A stretch of 64,000 nt of DNA from Candidatus Gottesmanbacteria bacterium GW2011_GWA2_43_14 (GTDB lineage: Bacteria > Patescibacteriota > Microgenomatia > 2-02-FULL-39-11). Below, in pieces: positions 27,401 to 37,110 of this stretch. Location: assembly GCA_000999095.1 (NCBI GenBank), contig LCFP01000007.1, forward strand, positions 5,013 to 69,012, given 5' to 3'. Position 1 is the stretch's first letter. Every line of letters starts with the position of its first letter. The position numbers and the translations under genes were made by a program. A model generated the notes under the pieces. That model worked only from the letters and a program-made list of their open reading frames with translations, ran no database searches and was not told where the DNA came from.

Positions 27401-29604
27401 GTAGTGACCATTTTTTCATCCTTACTTTTGGCCTTTTTGGTGTAGCGTTCTTTGGAAAGGCGCATCACTTTTTCCCTGTTCTGGTTAATGGATTTGGGCA
27501 AAGGCAAAGTGACGGCATGGAAGGGCAGGGATGTCAGGTTGTCGATGGCCAGCTTGATTATTATCTGGAAAGTGCCCAGGTTGACCAAATCTTCTTCTTT
27601 GTACCACTGGCCGAATTCCCTGGCCAGGTGGTGCGCATCCTGGGCGCCGATGATAAAGGAGATCAGTGTGCCGGCATTGCCGAAAATTGCCTTCTGGACG
27701 TCTTCCTCGACCTGGCCGACATACTGGTTGGCTAAAACGAGATTGAGCCGGTATTTCCGCGCCTCTGACAGGATTTTTATAAATGAGGTTGTAGCAAAAT
27801 TCTGGAACTCGTCGACATACATATAGAAATCCTTGCGTTCAGCTTCGGGCACATTGACCCGGTTCATGGCTGCCAGCTGGATTTTGGTGATGAACATGGC
27901 GCCGAGAAGTGCGGCATTGTCCTCTCCCAGTTTTCCCTGGGACAGATTGAGGATCAGTATTTTCCGGTTGTTCATGATGTCTTCCAGGTCGATGGTTGAG
28001 GTCGGATGCTCGAGGATCTGCCTGATTGTCGGCGACATGACAAACTGGCCGACTTTGTTCTGGATGGGGGCGATGGCCTCGCTTTTCAGGCGGGGATGCA
28101 TTTTGTCGTATTCATTCCTCCAGAAATTCTGCAGTATTTTGTCCTGGACTTTATTAAGGACCCGGGCGCGGAAATTCGCATCGGCCAGAAGGTCCGGCAC
28201 CATGACCAGAGTGGAATTGGGGTATTCCAGAAGAGTCAAAATGACGTTTCTCAGGATATATTCAAGCCTCGGCCCCCAGGAATAGGAATAGAGTTTGGAA
28301 AAAATGGAGACAATCCCGGAAGATATAAGTTCTTTATGCACGGGATTTTTAACTTCCAGGGGATTCATCCAGAAAGGCTGTTCCTGGTCATAAGGCTCGA
28401 GGTAGACCACATCATTCAGGCGGTAGGAAGGTACATAATCCAGTAAAATTTCCGACAGGTCCCCGTGCGGATCGATGACGCAGACTCCTTCCCGGTTGCG
28501 CATGTCATTGATGGCCATGTTGGCGATCAAAGTTGATTTGCCTGTGCCGGTTTTTCCGATTATATACATGTGTTTCCGGCGGTCATACTTTTTGACGCCG
28601 AAAGTGGTCAGGGTGTTTTTGTACTCGGCTTTGGCAAAAAAATTAATTTCCTGCTTTTCCTCATCGGACAGGTCGGTGGCGACAGGCAGATTGGGCGGCG
28701 GCTCGCCGGCCAATGATCTGCCCCAGGAAATATTTTTGATGCCGGCCAGAAGAATGGTAGGCGGGTGCCAAAGGGTAGCCAGCTCCATAGTATTTAAAAT
28801 CTGGTGGCGGGGAAAATGGCTTTTCTCCCTTTTTAATATTTTTTGGTAGGTTATATCCTTGAAAAACCAGCGTGGGCGCTTGAGAATAAAGCGGTTGCCT
28901 TCCCCCAGGGCAAAGGCGCCGAAAGCCCCGGCCAGATTGTACATCTGGGCATAAGCCTGTTGTCGGGTGGGGGCTCCGATCAGTATCCTGATATAAGTGC
29001 GGTAGCCGGTATGGTTGACTTTTTCTTCGATCAGTCGGGCCAGCGGAAACGGCCGGGTTTTGTCGGGCGCCCGGGGGCTCGGATCAGGCATGCCTTTTTG
29101 CAGCATCGATGCCACCATCCTCTGCCAGTTGAAATGCGGCGGTTCGATAACGATCTGGATCAGCCCCGATTCATCTTTGGAAAATTTGGAAAAGACGCCG
29201 ATTATGGAAGAGAGGGGATCGAGCTCCTTGAAATCTTTATAGGTGCGGATCGGGTAATAGAAATAGCTGGCAAGCATCAGATTGCCGATGGCCAGATACT
29301 TGCTTTTGATGATGTTTGACAGATAATCGGGTACTTTGCTGATGAGGATTTTGGGATACTGGCTGGTTATCTGGCTTTCCAGAAAAGTCTGGAATGACTT
29401 CGGTATGACGGAATAAAAATGAACACTTTGATTATAGGAAGCAATTTCAAAAGAGAGAGTCCTGACTTTTATCCAGAGCCTTTTCCAGTGGGGGATATGC
29501 CCGCCCGGAAAAAGTGAGGAAAAGACCTGGGTCATCATCTCCGGAGACTCTTCGCCTGTTTTGGATGATTTAATTTCCAGGACGACTTTAGATTCGGCTG
29601 CCAT
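27394..29604 (-). CDS. TraD/VirD4/HerA-FtsK-superfamily P-loop ATPase (about 736 aa).
   Basis: Walker A GKTGTGKST, Walker B FYMYVDEFQNF, and ARKYRLNLVLANQ. The start is taken at the ATG at 29604 (MAAESK...), because the longer ORF overlaps the divergent gene's promoter. Confidence 0.55.
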   Translation of the reverse strand: MAAESKVVLEIKSSKTGEESPEMMTQVFSSLFPGGHIPHWKRLWIKVRTLSFEIASYNQSVHFYSVIPKSFQTFLESQITSQYPKILISKVPDYLSNIIKSKYLAIGNLMLASYFYYPIRTYKDFKELDPLSSIIGVFSKFSKDESGLIQIVIEPPHFNWQRMVASMLQKGMPDPSPRAPDKTRPFPLARLIEEKVNHTGYRTYIRILIGAPTRQQAYAQMYNLAGAFGAFALGEGNRFILKRPRWFFKDITYQKILKREKSHFPRHQILNTMELATLWHPPTILLAGIKNISWGRSLAGEPPPNLPVATDLSDEEKQEINFFAKAEYKNTLTTFGVKKYDRRKHMYIIGKTGTGKSTLIANMAINDMRNREGVCVIDPHGDLSEILLDYVPSYRLNDVVYLEPYDQEQPFWMNPLEVKNPVHKELISSGIVSIFSKLYSYSWGPRLEYILRNVILTLLEYPNSTLVMVPDLLADANFRARVLNKVQDKILQNFWRNEYDKMHPRLKSEAIAPIQNKVGQFVMSPTIRQILEHPTSTIDLEDIMNNRKILILNLSQGKLGEDNAALLGAMFITKIQLAAMNRVNVPEAERKDFYMYVDEFQNFATTSFIKILSEARKYRLNLVLANQYVGQVEEDVQKAIFGNAGTLISFIIGAQDAHHLAREFGQWYKEEDLVNLGTFQIIIKLAIDNLTSLPFHAVTLPLPKSINQNREKVMRLSKERYTKKAKSKDEKMVTTP

Positions 29605-29673
29605 GTGGTTTAAGTATAGATTTTCCCTGTGCAAATTAAAAGTTGTATAATCACGCGAATCCGAAGGTCTTAT

Positions 29674-31464
29674 ATGGAAAATGAAGCCAGGAATCAATTG
29701 ATATTAAAACTAAGCCATAATTTTGAATTTGCCACTGCCAGTCTAGATCAATTTTATACAGACTTTTTGGAAAATAATTTGGAGATAAAAGACAAAGTAG
29801 ATACTTTTGCAAAAAGAGTAAATGCTTTATATGGCGGGCAGGAAGCAAGCTATATCGAACACGCATTGAAATTGGCAGTTATAAGTTATCAGTATAATTG
29901 GGATTCTTTAAAACATTACCGAAAATCTCCAACACCGGAAGGGAAAAAAGTTCCAACGCTTTTCCATTCATTGGAAATGGCAGACAAACTGCTTGACGGG
30001 GACGGCCGTGATGATAAGCCCTTCCGCTGGGAAGCTGTAGCCGCCATTTTAATGCATGATATTCCTGAGGATGTGGAAATGGTATTTGTAGAAAACGGGG
30101 GTGAATTTCAGGTAAAAGGAGAAAAATGGTTCGATTTAATTCGTGATTCTTTTGAAACGACCGGTAAAGCTGATTTAATAGTTGATCTGATAAAAGGGGT
30201 AACAGAGAGAAAAATTCCTGATAGGTATAGCGAAGAAGGGAGGGATATCAGAGAAAAAATAAAGGCAACATCAATTTTTAAGATGATTAAAGCCTATGTT
30301 GTTAACGGTCGGATAAAAGGCAGAAAAGTCTTAATGGATGTTCCGGACGTAGAATTAGAGTCGGTTTATGAGGTTGTCTTTAACTTGAATCATTTATTTG
30401 ACAGCGCACTGAGGTCTCCGGAACATCTTCAAATACTGTTATTAAAGATTACGGACATCTGGCATAACTTTCAGACACCGGATTGGGTAAAATCTTCCAA
30501 AGTACTGCGGGGCCGTCTGGCCGCTAGTTTAGCAGAATGGTTTGGTTGGTATTCTATGAGATCAGATTTAGTTACCTTATTAGGTAATGTTGCTGATACT
30601 ACCACGGCATATGCGCCGGAATTGGAATATGAGTTACTTCCCCATAGTGAATTAATGGATAAAATGCTTAAGATGGAGGAATTTGGAAATCAGTTTATTG
30701 AAACACTTAAGAAAAAAGGCATTATACCCGGGACAGCAGAATTTATTTCATCAATAGGTTTTCCGGTCGTAAACAGTGAATATGAATTGGGGAAATTTGA
30801 CGGATCAACCCTGCCAAAACCAGAATTTATAGTATCTTTTGAAAACGAGGCTTTTACGATTTTAGAGGGCGACATAAAGCAAAACTATACCACTATAAGG
30901 TTATTATTACAGAATCAGGAGGTTGCTGCAGGTGAGTCTATAGCCGGTTTAAAAATAAAAAATTACCAGGACAGCATATATTACAGAAAACTAATGGGAC
31001 GATATAGAATTGACGGAGTTTTAAAATTAGGAAACAATGAAGGATTTTTATTTAGAATGGAGAGCAATGAGCCTTATATGACTGATTACTTTAAGGAAAG
31101 ATCGGATGTAAATTATACGGAAATACCCGAATATAAGGGGTTATTTCATAATAAACTCAGGGATAAAGAAGGATGGAGGATTCATTTAAATGCACTAATA
31201 GGTTTTTTCTACGAACCAAATATGCCTTCTTCTCTGTCCAGATTGATATCTCCAGTATTTTACGACGGTTCACTTTATTTTGTTGATGGGGAGCAGACAT
31301 TTTCAGAATTAAAAGATCTATTAAATTTAAAAGCGGATATTTTGATTGATAATCCCGTAAGTTATAAAAATAAAAGAATCACCGGTAAAACTAAAGTTCG
31401 TGATTTATTTCCATCTGCAGCCAGATCTCACGTTATCAAGAGGAGAATGATTACCGTTCAATAA
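29674..31464 (+). CDS. HD-domain protein with a RelA/SpoT-type hydrolase fold and a ~350-aa unknown C-terminal region.
   Basis: YIEHALKLAVISY, AAILMHDIPEDV and KITDIWHNFQT align to SpoT HD motifs (PYITHPVAVA, ALLHDVIEDT, KLADRTHNMRT). The -10 box TGTATAAT at 29645 supports the start at 29674. Confidence 0.5.
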   Translation: MENEARNQLILKLSHNFEFATASLDQFYTDFLENNLEIKDKVDTFAKRVNALYGGQEASYIEHALKLAVISYQYNWDSLKHYRKSPTPEGKKVPTLFHSLEMADKLLDGDGRDDKPFRWEAVAAILMHDIPEDVEMVFVENGGEFQVKGEKWFDLIRDSFETTGKADLIVDLIKGVTERKIPDRYSEEGRDIREKIKATSIFKMIKAYVVNGRIKGRKVLMDVPDVELESVYEVVFNLNHLFDSALRSPEHLQILLLKITDIWHNFQTPDWVKSSKVLRGRLAASLAEWFGWYSMRSDLVTLLGNVADTTTAYAPELEYELLPHSELMDKMLKMEEFGNQFIETLKKKGIIPGTAEFISSIGFPVVNSEYELGKFDGSTLPKPEFIVSFENEAFTILEGDIKQNYTTIRLLLQNQEVAAGESIAGLKIKNYQDSIYYRKLMGRYRIDGVLKLGNNEGFLFRMESNEPYMTDYFKERSDVNYTEIPEYKGLFHNKLRDKEGWRIHLNALIGFFYEPNMPSSLSRLISPVFYDGSLYFVDGEQTFSELKDLLNLKADILIDNPVSYKNKRITGKTKVRDLFPSAARSHVIKRRMITVQ

Positions 31465-31681
31465 CATGAATATTACGTTATTTTTACAGTCCGGGTATTG
31501 GCTTCATATTTTTGTATTACCGGGGCAGCCCGTCATTCTTATGAGGTAATTTTTGATCTGCAACCGGGTGAATCGCCGCCGGAAAAAGATCAATGTATAG
31601 TACATCATAACCCGGCTACTTTATTTTTAGTTAAGCCTCTATAATCTTCTTGTCAAAAAAAATACTTCCTGTTATCCTTTA

Positions 31682-32251
31682 ATGCGTATGGAAGAGCCGT
31701 TAATTACTGAAACAAGAGCCCGGATGCAGAAAGCCCTCCAGGTTTTGGCCGATGATTTGGGCACGATCAGGACAGGCAGGGCAACGCCCGCCCTGGTTGA
31801 AAATGTGGTTATTTCAGCCTATGAGGGGACGCAGAATCTTAAACTGCGGGAAATGGCGACCATAACAACAGAAGGTCCGCGGACGGTTCTTATAGCACCG
31901 TTTGATCCGTCAGTTATTAGAGATATCGAAAAAGGCATTAACAGTGCCAATTTAGGATTTACTGCCGCTCCCGACGGCAATATTCTCAGAATTAATATAC
32001 CGGCATTGACATCTGACAGGCGGGTTGAGTTTATTAAATTGGCGGGAACTAAAATCGAAGGCGGCCGGGTTTTAGTCAGGCAGGTCAGGCATGACGTCAT
32101 GTCCAATATCAAAAGAAGTTTTGAAGCTAAAGAATTATCCGAAGATGATAAAAAAAGGCTCGAAAAAGAAATTCAGGATCTGACTGACAATATGATGGAG
32201 GAAATCGAAGCTATGCGGCATAAAAAAGAAGAGGAACTGCAGCAGGTTTAA
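31682..32251 (+). CDS. frr: Ribosome recycling factor.
   Basis: Full-length RRF (189 aa). Confidence 0.9.
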   Translation: MRMEEPLITETRARMQKALQVLADDLGTIRTGRATPALVENVVISAYEGTQNLKLREMATITTEGPRTVLIAPFDPSVIRDIEKGINSANLGFTAAPDGNILRINIPALTSDRRVEFIKLAGTKIEGGRVLVRQVRHDVMSNIKRSFEAKELSEDDKKRLEKEIQDLTDNMMEEIEAMRHKKEEELQQV

Positions 32252-32253
32252 TT

Positions 32254-32715
32254 ATGACGGATAATACTGACAATCCCGATTTGCCGGAAAGCGTATCACC
32301 TGATGAAATACCCGGCCAGGATGCTTCGGTCATGCTCAATCTGGAGCAACTGGTCAAAAACCACCTGACGCAAATAGAGCAGACAAAAGATAAGCTTAAA
32401 AAGCACCGGGAAATGCTGGATGACATTTTTCTTAACGATCCGACCTATCAGGAACACGATAAGAAAGCCAAAGAAGCGGTTAAAGTCAAAAGCGCCACCA
32501 GAAGCGAACTTCTGAAAAGGACTGATGTTGCCGATTTAAACAACAAAGTAAAGGAGATGAAAATTTCCGTCAAGGAATTGCAGGAAGCCTTGAATGAATA
32601 TGTTCGCGAATATCAGAGACTGTCCGGAGTCAACGAAATTACCGATGATAAGGGGAATGTGATGGAAATAGTCTATACCGTCAAGCTTGTCCGCAAATCT
32701 TCAAAGAAAAGTTGA
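32254..32715 (+). CDS. Hypothetical coiled-coil protein (153 aa).
   Basis: It starts 2 nt after frr. It is acidic and K/E-rich, with no known motifs. Confidence 0.45.
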   Translation: MTDNTDNPDLPESVSPDEIPGQDASVMLNLEQLVKNHLTQIEQTKDKLKKHREMLDDIFLNDPTYQEHDKKAKEAVKVKSATRSELLKRTDVADLNNKVKEMKISVKELQEALNEYVREYQRLSGVNEITDDKGNVMEIVYTVKLVRKSSKKS

Positions 32716-32729
32716 TTTTTCGCTCCGAC

Positions 32730-34379
32730 TTATTTTAACAGTGTCATTTCCCGCTCGACGATTTTTTTCAGGATTGCCTGGGAAACCGCATAGGTAGATT
32801 CCACACCTTCATATGAAAGATTTCTGACGCCCAAATTTTTGGCTTTCGAATAGGGTGTGTCCGAAGCATAATGGGCTATGCCCAGTTCAAAGGGTGTGGG
32901 GGAGAGGTTGATGAATTCATTTTCCTCATAGCGGTTATAGTAGATGAATTCATATGCGGCGTTAAGATACGGTCCTCCCTCCATCTCTATATCGGTATAG
33001 CCTTGCCGAAACCAGTTTTCGATCATTTTGGCTGATTCCAAATAGGTGCCTTTGGTAGTTACGGTTTTTTGATTTTCCAGAATAAGCCCTGAACTGTAGA
33101 TGTTCTTAAAGTCTGCGGCCCGGAAGCAATTGCTGATGGCATAGGTGTTTTTGGTATGAACGTCAAAAACTGTGTTTGGCAAAAGTATATCTCCGACCTG
33201 GCCGGTTAAAGTCGCCGCTTTGCCCATGATATAAATTCCCAGCATTTGTCCTACATTTTGACCTATCTCCGTCAGGATCTGGTAAGCAGCCCAGCCCAGC
33301 GGATAATCAATATTGATGATAATGGATTTGCTTTTTGAAAGCGCTTTCAGGTCCAGATTGAGAAGCTGCGGCAACCCTGATAAGGGCAGGCGGGCAACCG
33401 GGATTATTTGGGCATCGATATCAAGAAAATGTTTTGCCCGGATGGTGGTAATACCCAGTTTTTTTTCAGATAAATTTTTAAGCTCAGTCAGATGTCCGGA
33501 TTTTCGCAGCGACTTTTTTGAAAGGTAATTCAGAAAATATTCGCGGGAGACATCCGCTGATTCTTTTTCTTTTTCCCGCCACAGATTGATAAGATTGTCA
33601 TCACCGCTTTTATAGAGATCTGCCACTATTTCTTTTTCATAATTTTTGGCAAACCTGGTTATAAGATTAACGACAGAATGGGTATTGGAAGAGATAAAGT
33701 ATACCGGCCTGTCCAAAAACTTAATTTCAGGGAGGGATTTGTCGATGTGGTCCCACCAATGCTGGGTAGCCCGGGCATATTCCATATATGAGCCGGAGAG
33801 TAAATGTACCGTAAAATCTATTTTGCGGTATTTAACCGCAGTCAGGAATTTATGGTAGTCATCTCCCCAGATTTTCTGGATCTTGGCGATATCTTCCTGA
33901 TCCAGTAAAATTTCCATGCTCTTTTTAACATCCCGGCTTTTTGCGAGTTTGGCATGCAGTTTGTTCCATTCAATCTGGAAAGCGGTCGATAACGTGATTA
34001 AATCATCAACATCTGTCACTGAAGCGATATAAACTGCCAGTGTATCCCTGCCGTTAAAATACATTTTACGCCTCCTGCCGGGAGCTGTGACTTCCGTCCA
34101 GTCATCTATATGTCCGAAACGGTTATTTTTAAAAACACGGATAGACTGTCCCAGGATGATTTTTTTAACCATGGACATGGTCGGCGGAAGGCGCAGCAGG
34201 GAATAGATAAAAGCTGCGGTATCTATTTTGTCGGAACCGGCCTTTTCATGAAGGATGGAGTCAGCATCCTTATGTGCTTCAATCAGTTTTTCTACCCGGA
34301 CAAAACCGGCTGATTTGAGAAGGGTACGGTAGTTTCTTATATATATTTCAATCTGTTCAATTCCGCCGTTACTATTCAT
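32730..34379 (-). CDS. Hypothetical protein with a PNP_UDP-like (nucleosidase/phosphorylase) C-terminal domain, possibly AMP-nucleosidase-like (549 aa).
   Basis: The C-terminal ...YTDIEMEGGPYLNAAYEF resembles the D-x-EME-x-AA active-site region of PNP/MTAN-family enzymes. The N-terminal region is of unknown function. Confidence 0.35.
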   Translation of the reverse strand: MNSNGGIEQIEIYIRNYRTLLKSAGFVRVEKLIEAHKDADSILHEKAGSDKIDTAAFIYSLLRLPPTMSMVKKIILGQSIRVFKNNRFGHIDDWTEVTAPGRRRKMYFNGRDTLAVYIASVTDVDDLITLSTAFQIEWNKLHAKLAKSRDVKKSMEILLDQEDIAKIQKIWGDDYHKFLTAVKYRKIDFTVHLLSGSYMEYARATQHWWDHIDKSLPEIKFLDRPVYFISSNTHSVVNLITRFAKNYEKEIVADLYKSGDDNLINLWREKEKESADVSREYFLNYLSKKSLRKSGHLTELKNLSEKKLGITTIRAKHFLDIDAQIIPVARLPLSGLPQLLNLDLKALSKSKSIIINIDYPLGWAAYQILTEIGQNVGQMLGIYIMGKAATLTGQVGDILLPNTVFDVHTKNTYAISNCFRAADFKNIYSSGLILENQKTVTTKGTYLESAKMIENWFRQGYTDIEMEGGPYLNAAYEFIYYNRYEENEFINLSPTPFELGIAHYASDTPYSKAKNLGVRNLSYEGVESTYAVSQAILKKIVEREMTLLK

Positions 34380-34470
34380 AGTCAGCCTATTATAACGTTT
34401 TTGGCTGTTTCTTTAAACGAGAATCATTGATTTATGTATTGAGGTTTTATACAATTGAAAAATTCTTATC

Positions 34471-35550
34471 ATGCTGGTTACACTGATTGTTTTTCTGTTA
34501 ATATTGTCGGTTTTGGTCATGGTCCATGAATTAGGGCATTTCCTGGCCGCTAAAAAATTCGGAATTTTTGTTGAAGAATTCGGTATCGGACTGCCGCCGC
34601 GGATATTCGGAATCAGAATTGGCGAGACTGTATATTCCGTCAACTGGCTTCCAATCGGCGGTTTCGTCAAACTCTACGGTGAAGAAGGGGATATGCCGGC
34701 CGCGAAAAAACAAAAAATTCCCAAAAACAGGGCTTTTTATGCCAGGCCCGTATGGCAAAGAGTCATCGTCATCTCAGCCGGGGTGGTCATGAATTTTCTC
34801 CTGGCCATAACCGTTATTTCCTATATTTTTACCCAGGGGGTGATGGTTCCTTCAGACCGGGTGCATATTGAAAAAATTGTGGAGGATTCACCGGCTGAAA
34901 GTGCGGGTTTGGAACAGGGGGATATTATTAAAACTATGATAGTAGACGGCCGGCAAATTACCGTTAAAACAGGCGATGATTTGATTAAAACAACTTCACA
35001 GAATCTGGGTCGGGAATTGACAATAGTCATTGAAAGAGAAGGCCGGGAGATGCAGGTATCCATAACCCCCAGGAAGGAATATCCTGAAGACCAGGGACCC
35101 ATGGGAGTAGTCATTTCGGCCTTTGAGGAAAAGAAATACAGCCTCAGCGAAGCGCCGATTGCCGGACTGCAACAGTCTTTGATGTTGTCATGGGTACTGG
35201 TCAAGGGCATAGCTCTGACTTTATGGAAAGTTATTACCTTCCAGTCCGTATCCAAAGATGTCGCCGGTCCGATCGGCATAGCCCAAATGACGGGCGAGGC
35301 CATCAAATTCGGGAGAAATGCAGTTCTGGAAATGCTGGGGCTTTTGTCATTAAATTTGGCTATCGTCAATATCCTACCGTTTCCGGCATTGGACGGCGGA
35401 CGGCTTCTTTTTATCCTGATCGAAGGCGCAACCGGCAGACGGGTAAAAACCAATTGGGAAAGGTATATTCACCAGGCGGGCATGGCCATTCTGCTATTTT
35501 TGATTCTGATGGTTACCGTCAACGACCTTGTCCGCATCTTCTCCAAATAG
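34471..35550 (+). CDS. rseP: RseP-like site-2 protease (M50 zinc metalloprotease with a PDZ domain).
   Basis: HELGH near the N-terminus within a TM segment, a PDZ region, and LPFPALDGGRL. Confidence 0.85.
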   Translation: MLVTLIVFLLILSVLVMVHELGHFLAAKKFGIFVEEFGIGLPPRIFGIRIGETVYSVNWLPIGGFVKLYGEEGDMPAAKKQKIPKNRAFYARPVWQRVIVISAGVVMNFLLAITVISYIFTQGVMVPSDRVHIEKIVEDSPAESAGLEQGDIIKTMIVDGRQITVKTGDDLIKTTSQNLGRELTIVIEREGREMQVSITPRKEYPEDQGPMGVVISAFEEKKYSLSEAPIAGLQQSLMLSWVLVKGIALTLWKVITFQSVSKDVAGPIGIAQMTGEAIKFGRNAVLEMLGLLSLNLAIVNILPFPALDGGRLLFILIEGATGRRVKTNWERYIHQAGMAILLFLILMVTVNDLVRIFSK

Positions 35551-35617
35551 TTCCAACCAACCTGGGAAAAATCCGGCTAACTGATAAAATGATTATGCAA
35601 ATATAGTAAAATAAACT

Positions 35618-37054
35618 ATGGCCAAATTTGAAAAGAAGGAACTCAAGAAAAAAAGCGGGAATTTCTCCGACTGGTATACGGACGTGATTTTAAAATCAGA
35701 GATGGCCGATTATGCTCCTGTAAAAGGCTGCATGGTAATAAGACCATACGGATATGCCATTTGGGAAAATATCCAGGCCTATATGGACCGGCTGATAAAA
35801 GAGAAGGGTGTAGACAATGCCTATTTCCCTTTACTTATTCCGGAAAAATTCCTTAATCTGGAAAAAGAGCATGTTGAAGGATTTTCACCCCACTTGGCGG
35901 TAGTGACAATAGCCGGCGGCGAGAAATTATCGGAAAAACTGATAGTCCGCCCGACCTCGGAAACAGTCATGTACCAGATGTATAAAGAATGGTTTCATTC
36001 CTGGCGCGATCTGCCGGTTTTGATCAACCAATGGAATAACATAATCCGCTGGGAGAAAAGGACCTATCTGTTTTTAAGAACTTCCGAATTTCTCTGGCAG
36101 GAAGGACATTGCGCTCATGCGACACATTCCGAAAGCAATGATTTTATTCTATGGGCGCTTGAAATGTACGCCAAAACATACCGGGATCTTTTGGGGATGC
36201 ACGGGATTACGGGGATAAAAAGTGAGACGGAAAAATTCGCCGGGGCAGACAAAACGTATTCGGTGGAACTGCTCATGCCGGACGGAAAAGCTTTACAGGG
36301 CGGAACATCGCATGATTTAGGCCAGAATTTTGCCAAAGCTTTGGATTGGACCGTTCTGGATAAAGAGGGTAAAAAACTGAATCCCTGGCAGAACAGCTGG
36401 GGATTTTCCACCAGGTCAATCGGAGGTTTGGTTATGGTCAACGGAGATGACAACGGTTTGTCACTGCCTCCCAATGTTGCACCTTACCAGGCAGTCATTC
36501 TGCCGATTTCAGCTGAAGACAAATCTCTGGATATATATGTTCAAAAATTAAAGGATCAACTTTTAAAGTCGGGTGTAAGGGTTGCGGTTGATAATGATAC
36601 AAACTCTTCCGTCGGCCGCCGTTTTAACTTTTGGGAGGTTAAAGGCGTACCGGCGAGGCTGGAGATCGGCAAGCGGGAAATGGAAAATAAAAAAGTTACC
36701 ATAGCCAGACGGGATAATTTTGAAAAAGAAACAGTCGACATAGATCAAATTACCGCACATCTACAAATAATCCTTAAAGAAATGCAGGAACAGGCTTTAG
36801 CCAGGCACCGGAAATTTACCCAAGACAATACTCATATGACCGATGATTATTCGCAATTTAAAAAAATTATGTCGGAAAAGCGCGGTTTTATCAGATCCTT
36901 ATGGTGTGAAAGTAAGGAATGCGAAGCCAAAATAAAAGCGGAAACCAAAGCCACCACCAGAGTTTTGCCTTTGGATGCTCCGGAAGAGAAGGGGAAATGC
37001 ATCTATTGCCAAAAAGAAGCCTTTCACCGCTGGTACTTCGCCCAGGCTTACTGA
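35618..37054 (+). CDS. proS: Prolyl-tRNA synthetase, archaeal/eukaryotic-type architecture.
   Basis: The product is 478 aa. It has class II aaRS motifs (RPTSET, GGTSH) and a C-terminal zinc-binding CxxC tail. Confidence 0.85.
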   Translation: MAKFEKKELKKKSGNFSDWYTDVILKSEMADYAPVKGCMVIRPYGYAIWENIQAYMDRLIKEKGVDNAYFPLLIPEKFLNLEKEHVEGFSPHLAVVTIAGGEKLSEKLIVRPTSETVMYQMYKEWFHSWRDLPVLINQWNNIIRWEKRTYLFLRTSEFLWQEGHCAHATHSESNDFILWALEMYAKTYRDLLGMHGITGIKSETEKFAGADKTYSVELLMPDGKALQGGTSHDLGQNFAKALDWTVLDKEGKKLNPWQNSWGFSTRSIGGLVMVNGDDNGLSLPPNVAPYQAVILPISAEDKSLDIYVQKLKDQLLKSGVRVAVDNDTNSSVGRRFNFWEVKGVPARLEIGKREMENKKVTIARRDNFEKETVDIDQITAHLQIILKEMQEQALARHRKFTQDNTHMTDDYSQFKKIMSEKRGFIRSLWCESKECEAKIKAETKATTRVLPLDAPEEKGKCIYCQKEAFHRWYFAQAY

Positions 37055-37110
37055 AAAATAACTTTCTTCTTTACGGTTTTGCCCGTATTCTTCCGCTGAA
37101 ACGACCCATT

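Noticed and set aside
35555-35568. A partial REP-like match, CAACCAACCTGGGA, after rseP.
   Set aside because: It matches only about 11 nt of the REP core and lacks the palindromic arm. It is mentioned only as a possible degenerate copy and is not called as a feature.
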